Origin: Ranitomeya imitator
Lineage: Eukaryota
Assembly: GCF_032444005.1 (NCBI RefSeq)
Contig: NC_091283.1
Span: forward strand, 739,660,001-739,724,000
DNA: 64,000 nucleotides
Direction of reading: 5' to 3'
The notes under the pieces are model-generated. The model searched no databases. It saw only the letters and a list, made by a program, of their open reading frames with translations, and was not told the DNA's origin. Of the stretch, positions 1 through 13,612 are shown in pieces. Within the stretch, counting starts at the first letter, position 1. Every line of letters begins with the position of its first letter. A program made the position numbers and the translations under genes.

Positions 1-399
1 TTTTGGGTTCAGTAACCCCACATCTCATCCTGTCACCTAAGTACTTGCCTTTGTGCTTCTGGTATCGTTTTCTCTGTACCCCCACGCGTGCCTCGGTGAC
101 TACTTCATGCTGAAACGCCGCGGTCTGCACTGGCACCACTGAGCATGCATCTGTATTACGTTGCACTTGAACCTGAGCCTCCCGAAACTGCTGTCTAATG
201 AGCTTTCTATCTATTTTACCCTGACTCCAGGCCACACCCTTGGCCGATGCCTGAGGGTTCCTCATGTGTACGTCCCCAGTCACCTCCGCGACCATATTCT
301 CCTGGTTCTTCCTGGCATTCTTTTTAGTTTCAATAAACTTTATTTGGTGTTAAACAATATATAACTGTTCAGAAATGATCTCCCTCACAGGGGAGAAAA

Positions 400-1640
400 G
401 ATTTTCTATAGTAATAAACAAAGAAAATATAATACCATACCTACACATGGGAAGCCGGCATTCTTTTTAAACCTGCGGTTTTTACTCATGCTTCTCTGCA
501 TGGGACCATGGAGCTGAGCTGTCCCGAACTTACAAGGTGACCTCTCCAGTTCGGGGTTCAGTGGGGTCTCCACAACCTCTACTGCCACAACCTCTAGGGG
601 GAGCCTATCGGGGTTACACTCTGTCCCTACGTTGGCGACCCCTGTGGCAGATATCTCTCACTTGAAATCTTCGAGTTCTGCTCCGGAAACAACAATTTTA
701 TCCTCCCTGCCGATACCTCTAGGGGAAACCTATCAGGATTACACTCTGTCCCTAGGTTGGCGACCCCTATGGAAGGTATCTCAACATCTTTGGGTTCTGC
801 ACATGGCACAACATTTTCCTACTCCCCTGCCAATACGTCTAGGGGGACCTATTGGGGTTACACTCTGTCCCTAGGTAGGTGAGCTCTATGGCAGGTATCT
901 CAACATCTTCGGGTTCTATGCCCAGCACAACCTTTATCGTGAGAGGGTTGACTCTGGTCTCCCACAGGGACCATAACAGGGGCAAGTCTCTCCCAACACA
1001 GACCCATATGGAAGGGTCTTCGTCGCTCCCACCACATATTTAAAGTTCCCAAATGGTGTGGAAAATTTAACCTCCGCAGTTGGATATTTACAGATTTTCC
1101 CATCGATATCCATCACCTTCACTTTTTGTCTTTTGGGGTTGTCCCAGGCAACAAGGGACCTATGGACCAAAGACACTTTGCTCCCCATGTCCAGGAGAGC
1201 CTCTGTTTGGCACCCATTCACAAGTACCTTGCAAAGTTGCGGTTCGCTGCTGGCAGTGCCCGTAGTGGTGGTACAGACTGGCTGGGCACACATAGATTCA
1301 TTGAGAGTGTTCCGCAGTCTATGGGCTCAGATGTCACAGAACAATTAATGTCTGGGCTCTTGACACTGCCAACACTCAAAAACTACTTTAGGGGAAATGG
1401 GAGTTTTGTGGAGTAATTTGTGGACTTTACCCATGGTCTGGTACAGCGTTCGGAGTGGGTTTATACTGCTCAATCAATCCTAACAGCAGGTCCAGGTTGC
1501 TCAGGTCCTTTGCCTGATGCAACGCTGCATGGCAGCCAGCAGAGCCTGCACCACCTGATCAACCACAGCTCTCTCCATCATCTCGATTGGGGACAAAAAC
1601 TCAGGCTGGAGCCACTCCTCCACCAACTGCAGTAAGTAAT
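400..1640 (-). pseudogene. Degenerate Gypsy (Gmr1-like) gag-protease remnant with SCAN-like gag domain
   Basis: Minus-strand translation at about 1635-1450 reads LLQLVEEWLQPEFLSPIEMMERAVVDQVVQALL, then after a frameshift DLSNLDLLLGLIEQY, which resembles SCAN. ORF 934-1293 has the retropepsin motif EALLDMGSKVSLV (DTG decayed). The remnant is disrupted by stops and frameshifts. Confidence 0.7.
594..945. repeat. Three tandem ~120-126 bp units inside the Gypsy remnant
   Basis: The motif CTAGGGG..CCTAT.GGG.TTACACTCTGTCCCTA recurs near 594, 719 and 839. Confidence 0.8.
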
Positions 1641-1853
1641 TTAAAACCAAAGAAAAGCAATATGTGCATATATCCTAATGAAAATAAATATATAAAAGAG
1701 CAAGTGGATTAAATAATTAACATAAGATACTTAGTAAACACTGTTTTTGATTAAAAAAGAATAAAGCTGCCCCACCGCGACAAGTTGTACCCAATTGGGG
1801 CAGTAACTACACTCTCTAATTTTAAAATCTACCTAGTATGAATAGTGGCAGAG

Positions 1854-2426
1854 AGTCACAGGGCACGCCGTACCAAAGTCTCTTACACACAGCTTCACTC
1901 CATTAGTTTGCACGGTACACAGCTTTAAATCACAGTCCCTAAACACGCCGGACTTCCCTGTGTCCAGTTTCCGTGGGCGACTGCACGCCATATCAAAGTC
2001 TGTCAGTGTTAGTTCTACTTCCTGGTTTGGCGATGAACGAGGGAGTTTAGAGTTTGGAGTTGGAGGTTCGAGAGTTTTCTGGAAATTGCTGGGCGGAGTT
2101 GGTTTGCTTATTTGTCCTTATCCTCTCACAATTGGTTTACCATTCTCTACCTCCTCTGTTTCCCACTTTGTTGTTTTGTGAGTGTGTCAGTATAATTATG
2201 GTATTCTTTTTTCGCTGTCTGTCTGGTTACAGTTTTCTTATACACTTCAGCCCCTCACCTCCCTGGGTGAGCGACAGATCAGAAATGGATTAAGTTAGGA
2301 GCATAGATAGGTACGAGAACCTGGCATCTCCACCTTCAGGAGTAATCCGAGGGACAAGGATATACAATGGCGCCCTTAGTTCGAGGGATCAGGTAGGTGC
2401 CCACAGTCCCTTGACACTACGTGACA
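1854..2426. mobile_element. Probable solo LTR
   Basis: Termini are (A/T)GTCACA...GTGACA and the size is LTR-like. No clean TSD was found. Confidence 0.45.
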
Positions 2427-3201
2427 CTCGATTTTTTTTCATTTTCAAAATAAGTTATAGGAACAAGTACCACTGTTACATTATGTCTCCTGAATAATGC
2501 TGAATCCAATATATGGTCATTAATACCATGACGTGCAATATATGAACATCATTTTACTACTGTAATATTTTATACTTTTGAGAATACTACTACTATGGGG
2601 GGAACAAAAGGGGGGTACAGTTACTGCGCAGGACACCAGGTTGATAGTATTGGATAATTCTTTATCTGAAACAGTGTAGAAGTGGAGGGGAAAAGTGTGG
2701 AGGGTGCTATAGAAGTGAATCAGTCATATACCTTTCTGTGTAAGGGTGCTTTTACACTGAGTATTGGCACCCGTTTGTTGATCTCATTAGGGCTTACGCC
2801 CGAACTCCCCACAAAATGGGTTTTTGTTGTATGAGCTGACTGGGCCATAAACAATAATGGTGCCAACGGAATGAACGTGCACTCTGTTGTTTGTCATTTT
2901 CGGGCATGTACTTCTAGTGGAGGCAGACACTCAGACAGAGTAGACTGCTTTGTTTGTGATATTAATGGTATACTGGTCTTGGTATAGTGCATTTTGTTCA
3001 GCAACAGGACGTTGCTTATACTCAGACACTATGTTGCAATGATTTATTCCCCTTTATTCAATTGTGAAGTACTGTGGAATATATTTGTGCCACATAAATA
3101 AAATTGTTCATATGACTTATAATGTAGTCTATTATTGGAATATTAGTTTTGGTATAGTGGACTTGTTCTGTAACAATATTTATTTGGTAGCTTTATGACT
3201 A

Positions 3202-3877
3202 CCCATATATACTCCTGAATAAGCCGAGTTTTTCAGCACTTTTTTATCAATTGTCCCAGAAGCCAGCAGGGGAGGGGGAGCTGCAGGTGACAGAGGCAGG
3301 AGCTGGTGGCTGTGGCTAAAGCCTGTGTCGCTGCTGTAATAGTGCACAGTGCCAGCCGCAGGCACTGGCTTCCAGCGCACATCGTACTCACCTACCAGCG
3401 AGCCCTCGCTGGCACTGCACCTCCTTCGTATTGGCACCAGCAGCTCTTCCTGTGCCGAGCGATCACGTGGCCCCGCTCATTAAGGTAATGCATATGCACA
3501 GCTCTCCACTCCCATAGGCGTGGAGTGCATATTCATTACCTTAATGAGTGGGGCCCTTTGATCGCTTGGTCAGAAGACAGAGGTGATGGCGCCAGAACGA
3601 GATGCATCAGGGCACGCAGGAAGGTGAGTAGGAGGTTTTTTTTTTTAATATGAAACATGCATGCAAGGATAGGGGAGCCATGCATACAAGGACAGGGATC
3701 GGGGAGCCATGCATGCAACCACAGGGACTGGGGAGCCATGCATACCAGGATGGGGATGAGGATGAGGGGACAATGCATACCCGACTTATACTTGAGTCAA
3801 TAAGCTTACCCAGTATTTTGTGGCAAAATTAAGTGCCTTGGAGCTACTCGGGTCGGCTTATACTTGAGTATATATGG
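3202..3877. mobile_element. Tc2/pogo-like MITE
   Basis: Degenerate TIRs CCATATATACTC..AATAAGCCGAG and TCGGCTTATACTTGAGTATATATGG, flanked by TA. Same terminus type as 22516-24102. Confidence 0.7.
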
Positions 3878-5319
3878 TAATATTTATTGCTGGGTTTTCT
3901 GTGAGATTTATATAGTTTATCTGTAGTCTTTATTTTATGGAGGAAGGAGCGAATACATATATCATTACAGGATCTAGACAGGGGTCTGTACATCTGACCA
4001 ACATACTGGAGGGAGCCCGACTTTTGCACCAGGGCCCGTAGGACTTTAGTTATGCCATTGTATGCACCTCTACTGTATATCCCTGGAAGATTTGACTTTT
4101 TTAGCAGTGTATTCCTATTCGGACATTCAGGATGTTACAGTGTAAAAAAAGGATATAGCTACTAAAGAATTCGGTGGAAAACTACACACAGAGTACAGTA
4201 TAGAAATGTTACTACACTTAATACAATAGCTAAAATGTAAGCTCCTATAAAGTCTTAGGCTAATGGGTTAAACATAGGGGTGATTCATTAAAAATTGCAG
4301 AGGGGTTTAGAGCAAATCTATTATTTTACCTTTAAAGATGTGATCTCTTCTTAAAATGTGCAAAATCTTCTGCCAAGGAGCAATCACACTGTCTCACTAT
4401 TTCCATTACATGAAAAATGAACGAAGGCGCAGATGTAAACCAATATAAACCACTTCACTTTTCTAAAGCATTTCCCCTTAGAGGTCACAGAAACATTTAA
4501 TACAATTTGCCTCCATGAAATGACTATTTTTCTATCTGTTGGATAAATAAAAGCTTTGTGTATGGCCGTGGTGTTAGATGCTTTATGGCTGTTATGTTTA
4601 TTTATGCAGCTGTGTGTATTTTCCACATATAGATCTGTGGGTTAGGAGTTATAGTTTTGGTCTCCTATAGTAATTCTTTTCACTTCTTCAGTGATCAGTA
4701 AATGACTTCTGTTTGTAGGAAAAAATGACTGGACTATGAATTGAATGAATTTTACCTAACAGATCAAAACAGATGGATTTCTATTTTTGAATGAGGAAAA
4801 TCGGCAGAATATTACTATACCAGCAAAATGTAAGAGATGTTGAGTACCGTATTTTTAACCTTTCTCGATCAGGTGATTCTTAGTTTTTGCATTTTAATTA
4901 TTTACTTCCCTTCTTCCAAGAACCATAACTTTTTACATTTTTGTTTCATGTAGTTTGTTTTTTGAGGGACACGATGTAGTTTTGAATAGTATCATTCATT
5001 TTACCATTCAATACATTGAAAAACGGAAAAATTCCATATGTGGTGAAATTGCTCAAAAACAACAATTTGGCAATTGTTTTATTTTTTTAATTTCCCTCTT
5101 ACAGCCTTTATTGTGCTTTAAAAATTACATGGCAATATGCTCAGTGCTATGTGAAACTTACATAACTTGGGTAATCATTTTCTGAGACCCATAACATTTT
5201 CGTATTTCCATCGACATATTCGTATGAGGGTTTGTTTTTTCTCCTTCTAATCTACAATGTCAAGCATAGTCTGTACTAAAAGTATAGCGTTGTGCAGTAC
5301 AGTACAAAAACACCTAAAT

Positions 5320-5790
5320 GTATCCACCAAGTCAGGCCATGAAGTATAAATTAATTAATAACCAAAAGAACCACTTCACACTGGGCCAATAAAATTAACC
5401 ATAAACTTTATTAGAAACAATAAAAACATTGTTAAAAGGTAGGTATATTAGCACAAGCACAGGTAAACACGGTGGGTAGCCCAGGACGTAACCCCAAATA
5501 AACAATGAGTATATATATAAATAGATAATGTGCTAAAGGTACTCTAGGCATAATATTACTGTGTGACCATGTACAAACAAGCACCAATAATATAAGTCAA
5601 TAAATATAATAATAATGATACAAGTGCATATCAAAGTAAATAAACATATAATTACCAATGAAGTACTCCTGGGGACCCACCACACCCGACGCGCGTTTTG
5701 CAATTAAATGCTTCATCCTGGAGAGGGGGTGGGCGGAGCTTCACGGAGGACGTACGTAGCCCTCCATCCGCAAATGTGAAACCAGCAACC
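5320..5790 (-). mobile_element. Penelope-like remnant with decayed hammerhead-like motif (5685-5722)
   Basis: The minus strand reads CCAGGATGAAGCATTTAATTGCAAAACGCGCGTCGGG, resembling CTGATGA-stem-GAAA-CGCG(palindrome)-GTC. Boundaries are approximate. Confidence 0.4.
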
Positions 5791-6492
5791 TCAGCCTTTT
5801 ACCAATCTAATATTGACATCTTTTTCCTAAGGAAAGAACTTGAATTTTGTGGATCTGGATAACTTCTTTAATAAAATCATGATTCAAAGAAGTCCGTTGT
5901 AGTGATTATGTCATAAAGGAATTAGTCACTTGGGTAATCAGAATTAAAATCTTACTATGTTTTCCCAAGAAGATTTATACTTTAAAAAATCCTCATCATC
6001 ACAAGGTACCTTCTGTTGAAACAAAGGAAATAAGTAGAGTAGTGATATCCAACCTTATTGCATGCTGAGAAGTAAGCTAGAGATGACTAAGGAATCTCTA
6101 CAGGCATTTAGATTCTCACTTATGCCTTTAGGTCTCAAGCTAGGTGACCACGATCCAGAACCAGCAGCGCTTTGGACACAGCACATGTCTGCTGCATCCA
6201 AAGTGCTGCCTTCTATTGTATGCAGGTGAATGCGCATGTGTTCACTGAACCGTGCAGATTTACCGTATTTAATACATTCCATTGATATAATTTCTCTGCA
6301 GAGACTAGTGTCTGCACAAGAGAAACTGAAATGCGGCGGTCTGGAAAGACGTGCTGCATGTGAGTCTCCGCAGGTGATCCGCAGGCGACTATGCGCGCAT
6401 AACGGACATGAGATTTCTTGAAATACCATCCACTATGCTATCACAGCTAGCCGATGCAGTTCCTGATAGTGGGCACATACCCTTAGATTTCA

Positions 6493-7408
6493 GGCTATGT
6501 GCCCATGTTGCAGAAATGCTGCGGAAATGTCCGGAGCATTTCCACAACTCCCTGCCACGGGTAAATGTATGCGTTTTTCAGCAAAACACAAGCATTTTGC
6601 AAGCATTTTTAGCTTGCAGAATGCTTGTGTTTTCCAAACGATTTGATGCCTCACTAAAATCCACAGCTTGTTCATTATTTCTGAGGAATCGTGGCGGTTC
6701 TGCAGCCAAAGGATTGTATTGAAACGCTCACTTTACGCATGAGGCTATGCCCACCATGTGTTAAGTGAGCACTTCATGTGCGGAAGGTACCCAGGGTCTG
6801 CAGGAGAGGAGACTCTCCTTCCGGCCCTGGGATCCATATTCATGTAAAAAAAAGAATTAAAATACAAAATAGGGATATACTTACCTTCTGATGGCCCCCG
6901 GAGTCCTCCCGCCTCTAAGCGGGGCACGTGGCAGCTTCTGTTCCCAAGGATGCATTGCACGAATCACCTGAAATTACGTCGCAGTCACGTGACTGTGACG
7001 TCACAAAGGTCCTTCACGCAAAGCATCCCTCGGAACGGAATGTACAGGGAGCGCCACTGAGGAGATTGGGGGCCACCGGAAGGTTAGAATAACCATATTT
7101 TTAATTTTTTTTATTATTTTTAACATTCTATCTTTTACTGTTGATGCTGCATAGGCAGCATCAATAGTAAAAAGTTGGTCACACTTGTCAAGCACTATGC
7201 TTGACAAGTGCGACCAACCTGCCAATCACTTTTCCAAGCAATTCTTCAAATCGCTTGTAAAGCGCAAGCATTCTGCAAGCTAAAAACACTTGCAGAACAC
7301 TTGTTTTGGGAGAAAACACATGCGAATTCCACGTGTGTTTTACCAGCGGCAGGGAGTTGCGGAAATGCGGACATTTCTGCAGCATTTCTGCAATGTGGGC
7401 ACATAGCC
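6493..7408. mobile_element. Harbinger-like non-autonomous element
   Basis: TIRs GGCTATGTGCCCATGTTGCAGAAATG and CATTTCTGCAATGTGGGCACATAGCC, with sub-terminal inverted repeats. Confidence 0.7.
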
Positions 7409-7419
7409 TAAAAGTATAA

Positions 7420-8695
7420 GGCCGGAGTCACATTGGTGTATAGTATGCATTGTGAGAGCATCTGATGCGATATGCTAATGACCCTCGGCTCCTGCTCTAC
7501 TGCGAGTGTGAGCTGAGTGTCCATGCTCTGTGCCCCGATCCTCTCTCATGACAAGATCGGAGGACAGCTGCAAAGGATACAAAGTAATTTTTCAATTTCC
7601 TCTGCTGCTGACGGCATATATTGCACTGCACTCGAGTAATATTCGAGCTCAGCGCAATGTTTCATTCGCACACATAGACTTGTATGGGTGCGAGTGAGCA
7701 GAATCTAGCTGCCAATCACAGCATGCTGTTATTGTTCTCTCATGCCTAACTGGCATGAGAAAATAATCACAGATCTGAGCTGCCCCATAGTATAATATTG
7801 GCCCAGTGCCATTGTAAGGAGGTTGCTTTCCCTGCTCCTTACCTGGAACCACTTAGTCAGACAGCTGGGTTGTCGGGGGAAGACTTTCTGCCCTGGACAG
7901 AAGGGACCATGTGACTGCTGGGGCAGAGAGGAAGAGAGGGGGGTGTGGTCAGAAAAGAGCGGGAGAGCAGAGCACGCGAGACAGGGGACAGTGCGCCAGA
8001 GAGAGAGCAGGCTGCAGTGCCATACTCACCATGAGAGTGCTCCCCGTGAGGGCACTGAGGCTGAGATACCAGCCGTAGTGGAGGCTAGATGTGAGAGTGT
8101 GGGCTTGGAAGCCTCCGTAATCAGAGATGTATCCCCTGACAGTGACCTGAGCGCGCAGCCCCAGTGACCGCACTGACAAGCCAGGACCCCTGAATGTGAC
8201 AAGTAAACTGCTCAGTGTGTGTGTTGCATTGCTGCTGCAGAGAGAGAGAGACTGCCAGCCTGATATACAGAGACTCGCAGCAGAGTGGCTGGGTTACTTC
8301 CTGCTTTCAGCTCCACTGGGAGAAAGACTGCAAAGACTTAACCCCGGAGTCTCCAGTTCCCAGGAGATAGAGGAGAGACTTCAGGATCTTCAAGCGCTGC
8401 TGGTGACTGTACCCACGTTGGAATAAGGACCCTCCAGTCAGGACCGCCCTGGACTGATAAGTTACAAGAACATTCGTTAACTGTTTCGATTCCGCTTAAC
8501 TGTTTACTGTTTGCTTTATCTCTATTAACGCCCTGTTTACTCCCTAAGAGGACAATCTTACTCCTGTTAATAAATTCCCCTCAACAGTTGGTCTGTCTGT
8601 TCCGTGGTGATATACTCAACCCTGCACCCCATTACACTATGAGATGCTTTATTGTATAGCATTCGGCCATGTTATACGGTAGTGTGACTCCAGCC
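7420..8695. mobile_element. Harbinger-like MITE interrupted by a solo LTR
   Basis: TAA-GGCCGGAGTCACA...TGTGACTCCAGCC-TAA. Confidence 0.7.
7813..8636 (+). mobile_element. Solo LTR (824 bp)
   Basis: TGTAA...TTACA termini, a 4-bp TSD CCAT/CTAT with one mismatch, and AATAAA near 8569. Confidence 0.75.
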
Positions 8696-8850
8696 TAACA
8701 GAAACATGTCACCACTTCTGCATTTATTACCCACTCCTGGTTTTGGCTTACAAATCCTGAGGTAAAATCTCACCAAATACGCTATTTGTTCATGTGGTCT
8801 AAAGAAGCACTGTGCGAATATACCCTAAGGCCATGTGCGCACGTTAAGTA

Positions 8851-10033
8851 CCGTATTTTTCGGACTATAAGACGCACCGGACTATAAGACACATCCAGGT
8901 TTTAGAGGTGGAAAATAGGGAAAAAAATATTTGAAGCAAAAAAATTTGGTAAAATATCTAATAACATAAATAACATACTATTATATGTGGTGTTATTATA
9001 TATAATAGTATGTTATTATGTTGGAAGCTGCGGGGCCAGTATGGTGTCTGTGAAGTACTATATGAAGATGCTGGAGGGTGAGTATAAGAATGGGGGCACA
9101 GGGCTTGAAAGCACCACTCCAGCACTGCAAAATAACACTGAAGTGCTGCTTTAAAATCCCATGGAAGAACTATAACTCCCAGCATTTCCTGCAGATCCTA
9201 TGACATGCTGGGAGTTATAGTTCACCAAAGGGGTGGCAGAGTGCTTTATTGTGTTTTGTAAAGACTAACCTATTAATTGTGGCAGCTAGCCAGGCACGCC
9301 GTGGTGAGGTAAAAAGCTGGAGAATCCCATGACCTCTCACACAGAGCCTTCCCTCTTGTTGCCTTTCCAGCACAGATGTGACAGCACAGGTTATAAGAGG
9401 AAGCCAGCAGATTCTAGTGGGGATTCTAAAGGACCTGTTATGATGTCAAGAAGAGGGAGGGCTCTGAGCTGCCATGTGATGCTCCAGCCCGCTCACTTCT
9501 GACATCACACAGGTCCTCCTTGTGCACAGCAGTCCAGCCTATGCAGGTATGCAGTGATCTCATCTCTCCCCTGCCACCCTGCTGCTGCCTCCTCCTTGTG
9601 CATAGCAGTCCAGCCTAGGCAGGTATGCAGCGATCTCATCTCCCCTCCCCTGCCACCCTGCTGCTGCTGCCTCCTCCTCCCCTGGACACACAGATCTCCC
9701 CAGCTGCTGCAGGAATCCAGCGCTGGGGAAACCATGTGTGTCCCTGCAAATGGAGTATTCATTTGCTGCTCCTGGCTCATGGCTCAGCTGATAGGTGGGC
9801 GGGGAAGCAGCTAATGAATATTCACTGCACTTAATCATCCGGACCATGTGGTTTCCCCAGTGCTGATTCCAGGCAGTGGGGACATTTTTCTGCCTCCTGA
9901 AGTGGGATAACAGTGCGATCCCACTTGCTGCTGCCCTCCTCCCCACATGCTACATCCCAACCATAAGACGCACCCACACTTTCTTCCCAAATTTGGAGGA
10001 AAAAAAGTGCGTCTTATGGTCAGAAAAATTTGG
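8851..10033. mobile_element. Tc2-like MITE nested in a small GGCC-ended MITE (about 8829-10199)
   Basis: Starts TA-CCGTATTTTTCGGACTATAAGACGCAC and ends GTGCGTCTTATGGTCAGAAAAATTTGG. It has internal GC-rich tandem duplications. Confidence 0.7.
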
Positions 10034-13000
10034 TGAGTTTTTTACCTCAGTATTTGTAAGCCAAAATCAAAAGTGGATAAAAATACTGAAGTGGTGACGT
10101 GTTTCTATTATACTTTTCCTCTGATTGTTCCACTCCTTGTTTTGACTTGCAGATACTGAGGTAAAATACTGACCAAATACTCAACTTGTGTATGTGGCCT
10201 AAGTCGAGTAAAAAGTGCGTATGTAAGGTGCGTTAGAGATACAATTTTCAGCCAAATGCTATGTGAGGTTAATGGGCACCTTATGGATTCTGGCAGCATT
10301 TAAGCATCTCTTAACATGGAAATAAGTGATAGAAAACTACCTTTATTATCTCACCCTGTCCCGTATGCCCTGAAGTAGAAGAGCATAGGAGACCTGACAC
10401 AGCCAATTAAAATAATTTAAGTATAGTCTGGGGCAACCATTACTTAAAGGTGAACACGATTCTAACATATTGCATGGATATTTAATTAATATATAACACA
10501 TGCTTTTCACAAAAAAAAAGAAAGAAACATTTCCGGACAATTTCCCAACAGTTAAGTTTGTTTTTTAAATGCATTATTAATGCTTCTTTGTCTCTCCTTC
10601 ATTCGTGAGGTCGCCTGGATGAAAAGTACACTAATGAAATTTTCTTGTAGAGGCGGACATCAGTTCAACAAAGGTCACAGGCTGACAATCACATATCAAA
10701 AGCTAAAAGGGCGACGCTAATCCCTTTATGCCATACAAATGATCTCCAGGAGGATCTAAGACACTCGCCCAGCTCTGTGTGCTCCAAAGCTTACTTACAG
10801 CAAGGCATCAGCAGTCACAACGAAGGGCCTTTTTGATGTAAAAGATGAAGTTTTATTTTACATGTCTGCATAGGAAATTAGTGGTTATGATCTAAAGGAT
10901 CCGCTTTATGCCATCAAGATATAGATAGGATTATATCCTCGCTAATTATCTGTTTACGGTATACTGTCAGAAAGTATTAGCTACATGTTTAAGACAGATG
11001 ATTATTTTCCAAGCGATCCTTGGATATAGAGAAATGCTCCAGACCTTATGACAGCGATACTTGAGAGGAAACATTCTAAACTCAACATATAATTATTTGC
11101 TGTTGCCTCATTTGCAAGTTTTTTATTAATGTTATTGGAATTGCCAGCATTACGCATCTAGTGGAGTTTTGTGAATTAGGGCTCGGCCACACAAATGATT
11201 TTCTTGAAAGAGTACTAATAGTGATTTTCATGGATAGCACTCATACCTTTGATATTCTATGAGCCTGTTTACATGTCCGATTCTTTCCTTGATCTGCGTA
11301 AAAAAATCAGAGACAGGTCCAATTTTGATCATGTTGGATCAAAATCACCAATTCAAGTCTATAGATTCATGAAAAAAATCAGACCTCACTCGGAAGACAT
11401 CCAAGTGCAGTCCAATTTTCATGGACTAACAGAGTCGAGAAACATAATATATTTTTTTTCCATGTATAAGAAAAACTGATGTCACTCTGATCAAACTGAG
11501 ATCGGAATAATTGGACCATTTTTCCTGCATGTGGGGAAAACGGTCGTGTGAACCTACCCTTGAGAAAATCTTTCCAGAGTCCTGTAAATTTTTCTTTTTC
11601 CAAAAGAGTTTGGAATTGGATTAAACAAATAAAAGAAGCAACACTCTTGTTCGTGTTCCACCTTGCTTGGTCTTTACTTTCAGAACCGAGAATGATGCCC
11701 CACCTCAGGGGTGTGGGACTGCTATAGACTATCCCCGGCTGGTCACAGTGTTGACTCGTTACGTGCAGTGATTGGCTGCAGTGGTCACATGTCCCTGGAA
11801 TTTAAAGTGAAAAAGAGGAATGATGATTCTCTAATGAAGCTTCACTATAAGATATCATACTCACTTGCGCGAAACTCGGATGAGTCTCGCACGGCAATAC
11901 CCGGCACTGCACCTGGCACAGAGGAGCGGAGCGTGCAGCTGCATGTATTCATATGCGGCCGCACACTCCGATCTGAGTGCTGGCAGCAGCGCCGGGTATT
12001 GCCGTGTGAGATTCATCCGAGTTTCGCACAAGTGAGTATGAGCCCTAACTCTAAATTTCTGAGATAACTTCTGAGATTAGTAATATCTGTCTTCAGCTTT
12101 TGGCTGAACATTAGAATGACTGCAGCTCACTATAAATGGAATGACATAGGCGGGCCGTTCATACAACAGGGGTCAATTTGTGCAGCTTTTATTTCTGTCC
12201 AGTGCTACATTAGAAGAGAAATACAGATGTGGCATGTGCTGGATTGTCGTCTAGTATAACACATTAATACAGCACCACTTGCTGGTGTCTATCAGGTTAC
12301 TGGGCTCTAAGCCTTGATTCACACGGCTGTATTACAGCTCCATGTGAACGCTATATATTTAGCAACAAAAATGAGATTGGAATCTGTCACGGAAAGCAGG
12401 GAAATGTTTCCCTAAAACCTTATCTTATATCTCTCCGACAGGATGTGAACATGTTTTTGATGCTAAATATATTGCTATCTGTTAGAGATGAGCAAATCAA
12501 TTTCATGTCAATTGAATTCGTTGCACCTGACAAATATGAACATTTTGATATTCAGCTCCTATGCCTCAACTTATGTGTCAGGCGCCATTTTACTCATTGC
12601 AAAACACTGCAATTGCCAAAGAAGGCTGATGCCTTGGAGCTCACATCATATAGTTATGTGCAGACTGTAAGAAGGTTATCATAACTTTATAAAAGCAGAA
12701 GCAGGAAATGCAGTTGCCATTTTGTGGTGAATCTGGATAGTGAGAGAACGTCACAACTCACAGTTTAGCCATATACTATAAAAGTGGAGAGAAAGCATAA
12801 AACAAAATAAACAAATTCTACAGATAATGTGTTGTAGCATAGCTTTACATCAGTATTTTTAAGCCAAAATCAAAAGCGGGTAGAAGTTGTGCATGTGTTT
12901 CTATTAGACTTTGATCCACTCTTGATTATGGCTTACAAATACTGATGTAAAATACTGACTAAATACTGAACGTGTGAATGTGACCTAAGGCTGTGTTTTC

Positions 13001-13612
13001 ATTAAAGAGCTTGAAAGGGGTTGTAATTAGTCCTATGAGACCTCAGAATGTTATACATGACAACTTAGGGCAATTGGAGAATTTGGTGAAGCAATTTTGT
13101 GAGGAAAGATTTGAATTTAGCTGTGATACAGAAATAGGTTTTTACAATAGAAAGCAGTGAATAGCTGTGCGATAAAACTGTATTTGGCAGCAGAGTAGAT
13201 GCAAAAGAGCAGCTCAGTGATAATCAATAAACCTTCCATATATATAATGCCCTACATATTAAAACACATAGGGTTTTACTTTACTCTGAGATTGTCTTTA
13301 GCTTAGCATTACCATTTGCACCATTTGTGCTTTCTCCTAGCAGCTAAGAATGCATTCTCCAACCAATTCACACAATGCAATACAGTAAAAAGAAAAGGAC
13401 AATTGCGCTACCTGGAAAAAAGAAATTGCCGTGCACTACAATATCTTTCATTAGCAATAAAAAGTGGAATTTCTAGACCTGAAAACGACCCTGCACGACA
13501 TCAATATATAGTGAATAATGGGGAAGTAATGGTGTAAACTGAATGGACAATGTACTCGCTTTGATCATTGCCATCTGTAAGGAGTCATTTTAGCTTATTG
13601 ATCCTTTAAAGA

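Noticed and set aside
4763-4829. Possible exon AG|IKTDGFLFLNEENRQNITIPAK|GTAAGA
   Set aside because: Good donor but weak acceptor. No recognisable homology and no partner exons.
13316-13537. 73-aa ORF with a NAGNAG acceptor-like site
   Set aside because: No domain recognised; length is compatible with chance.
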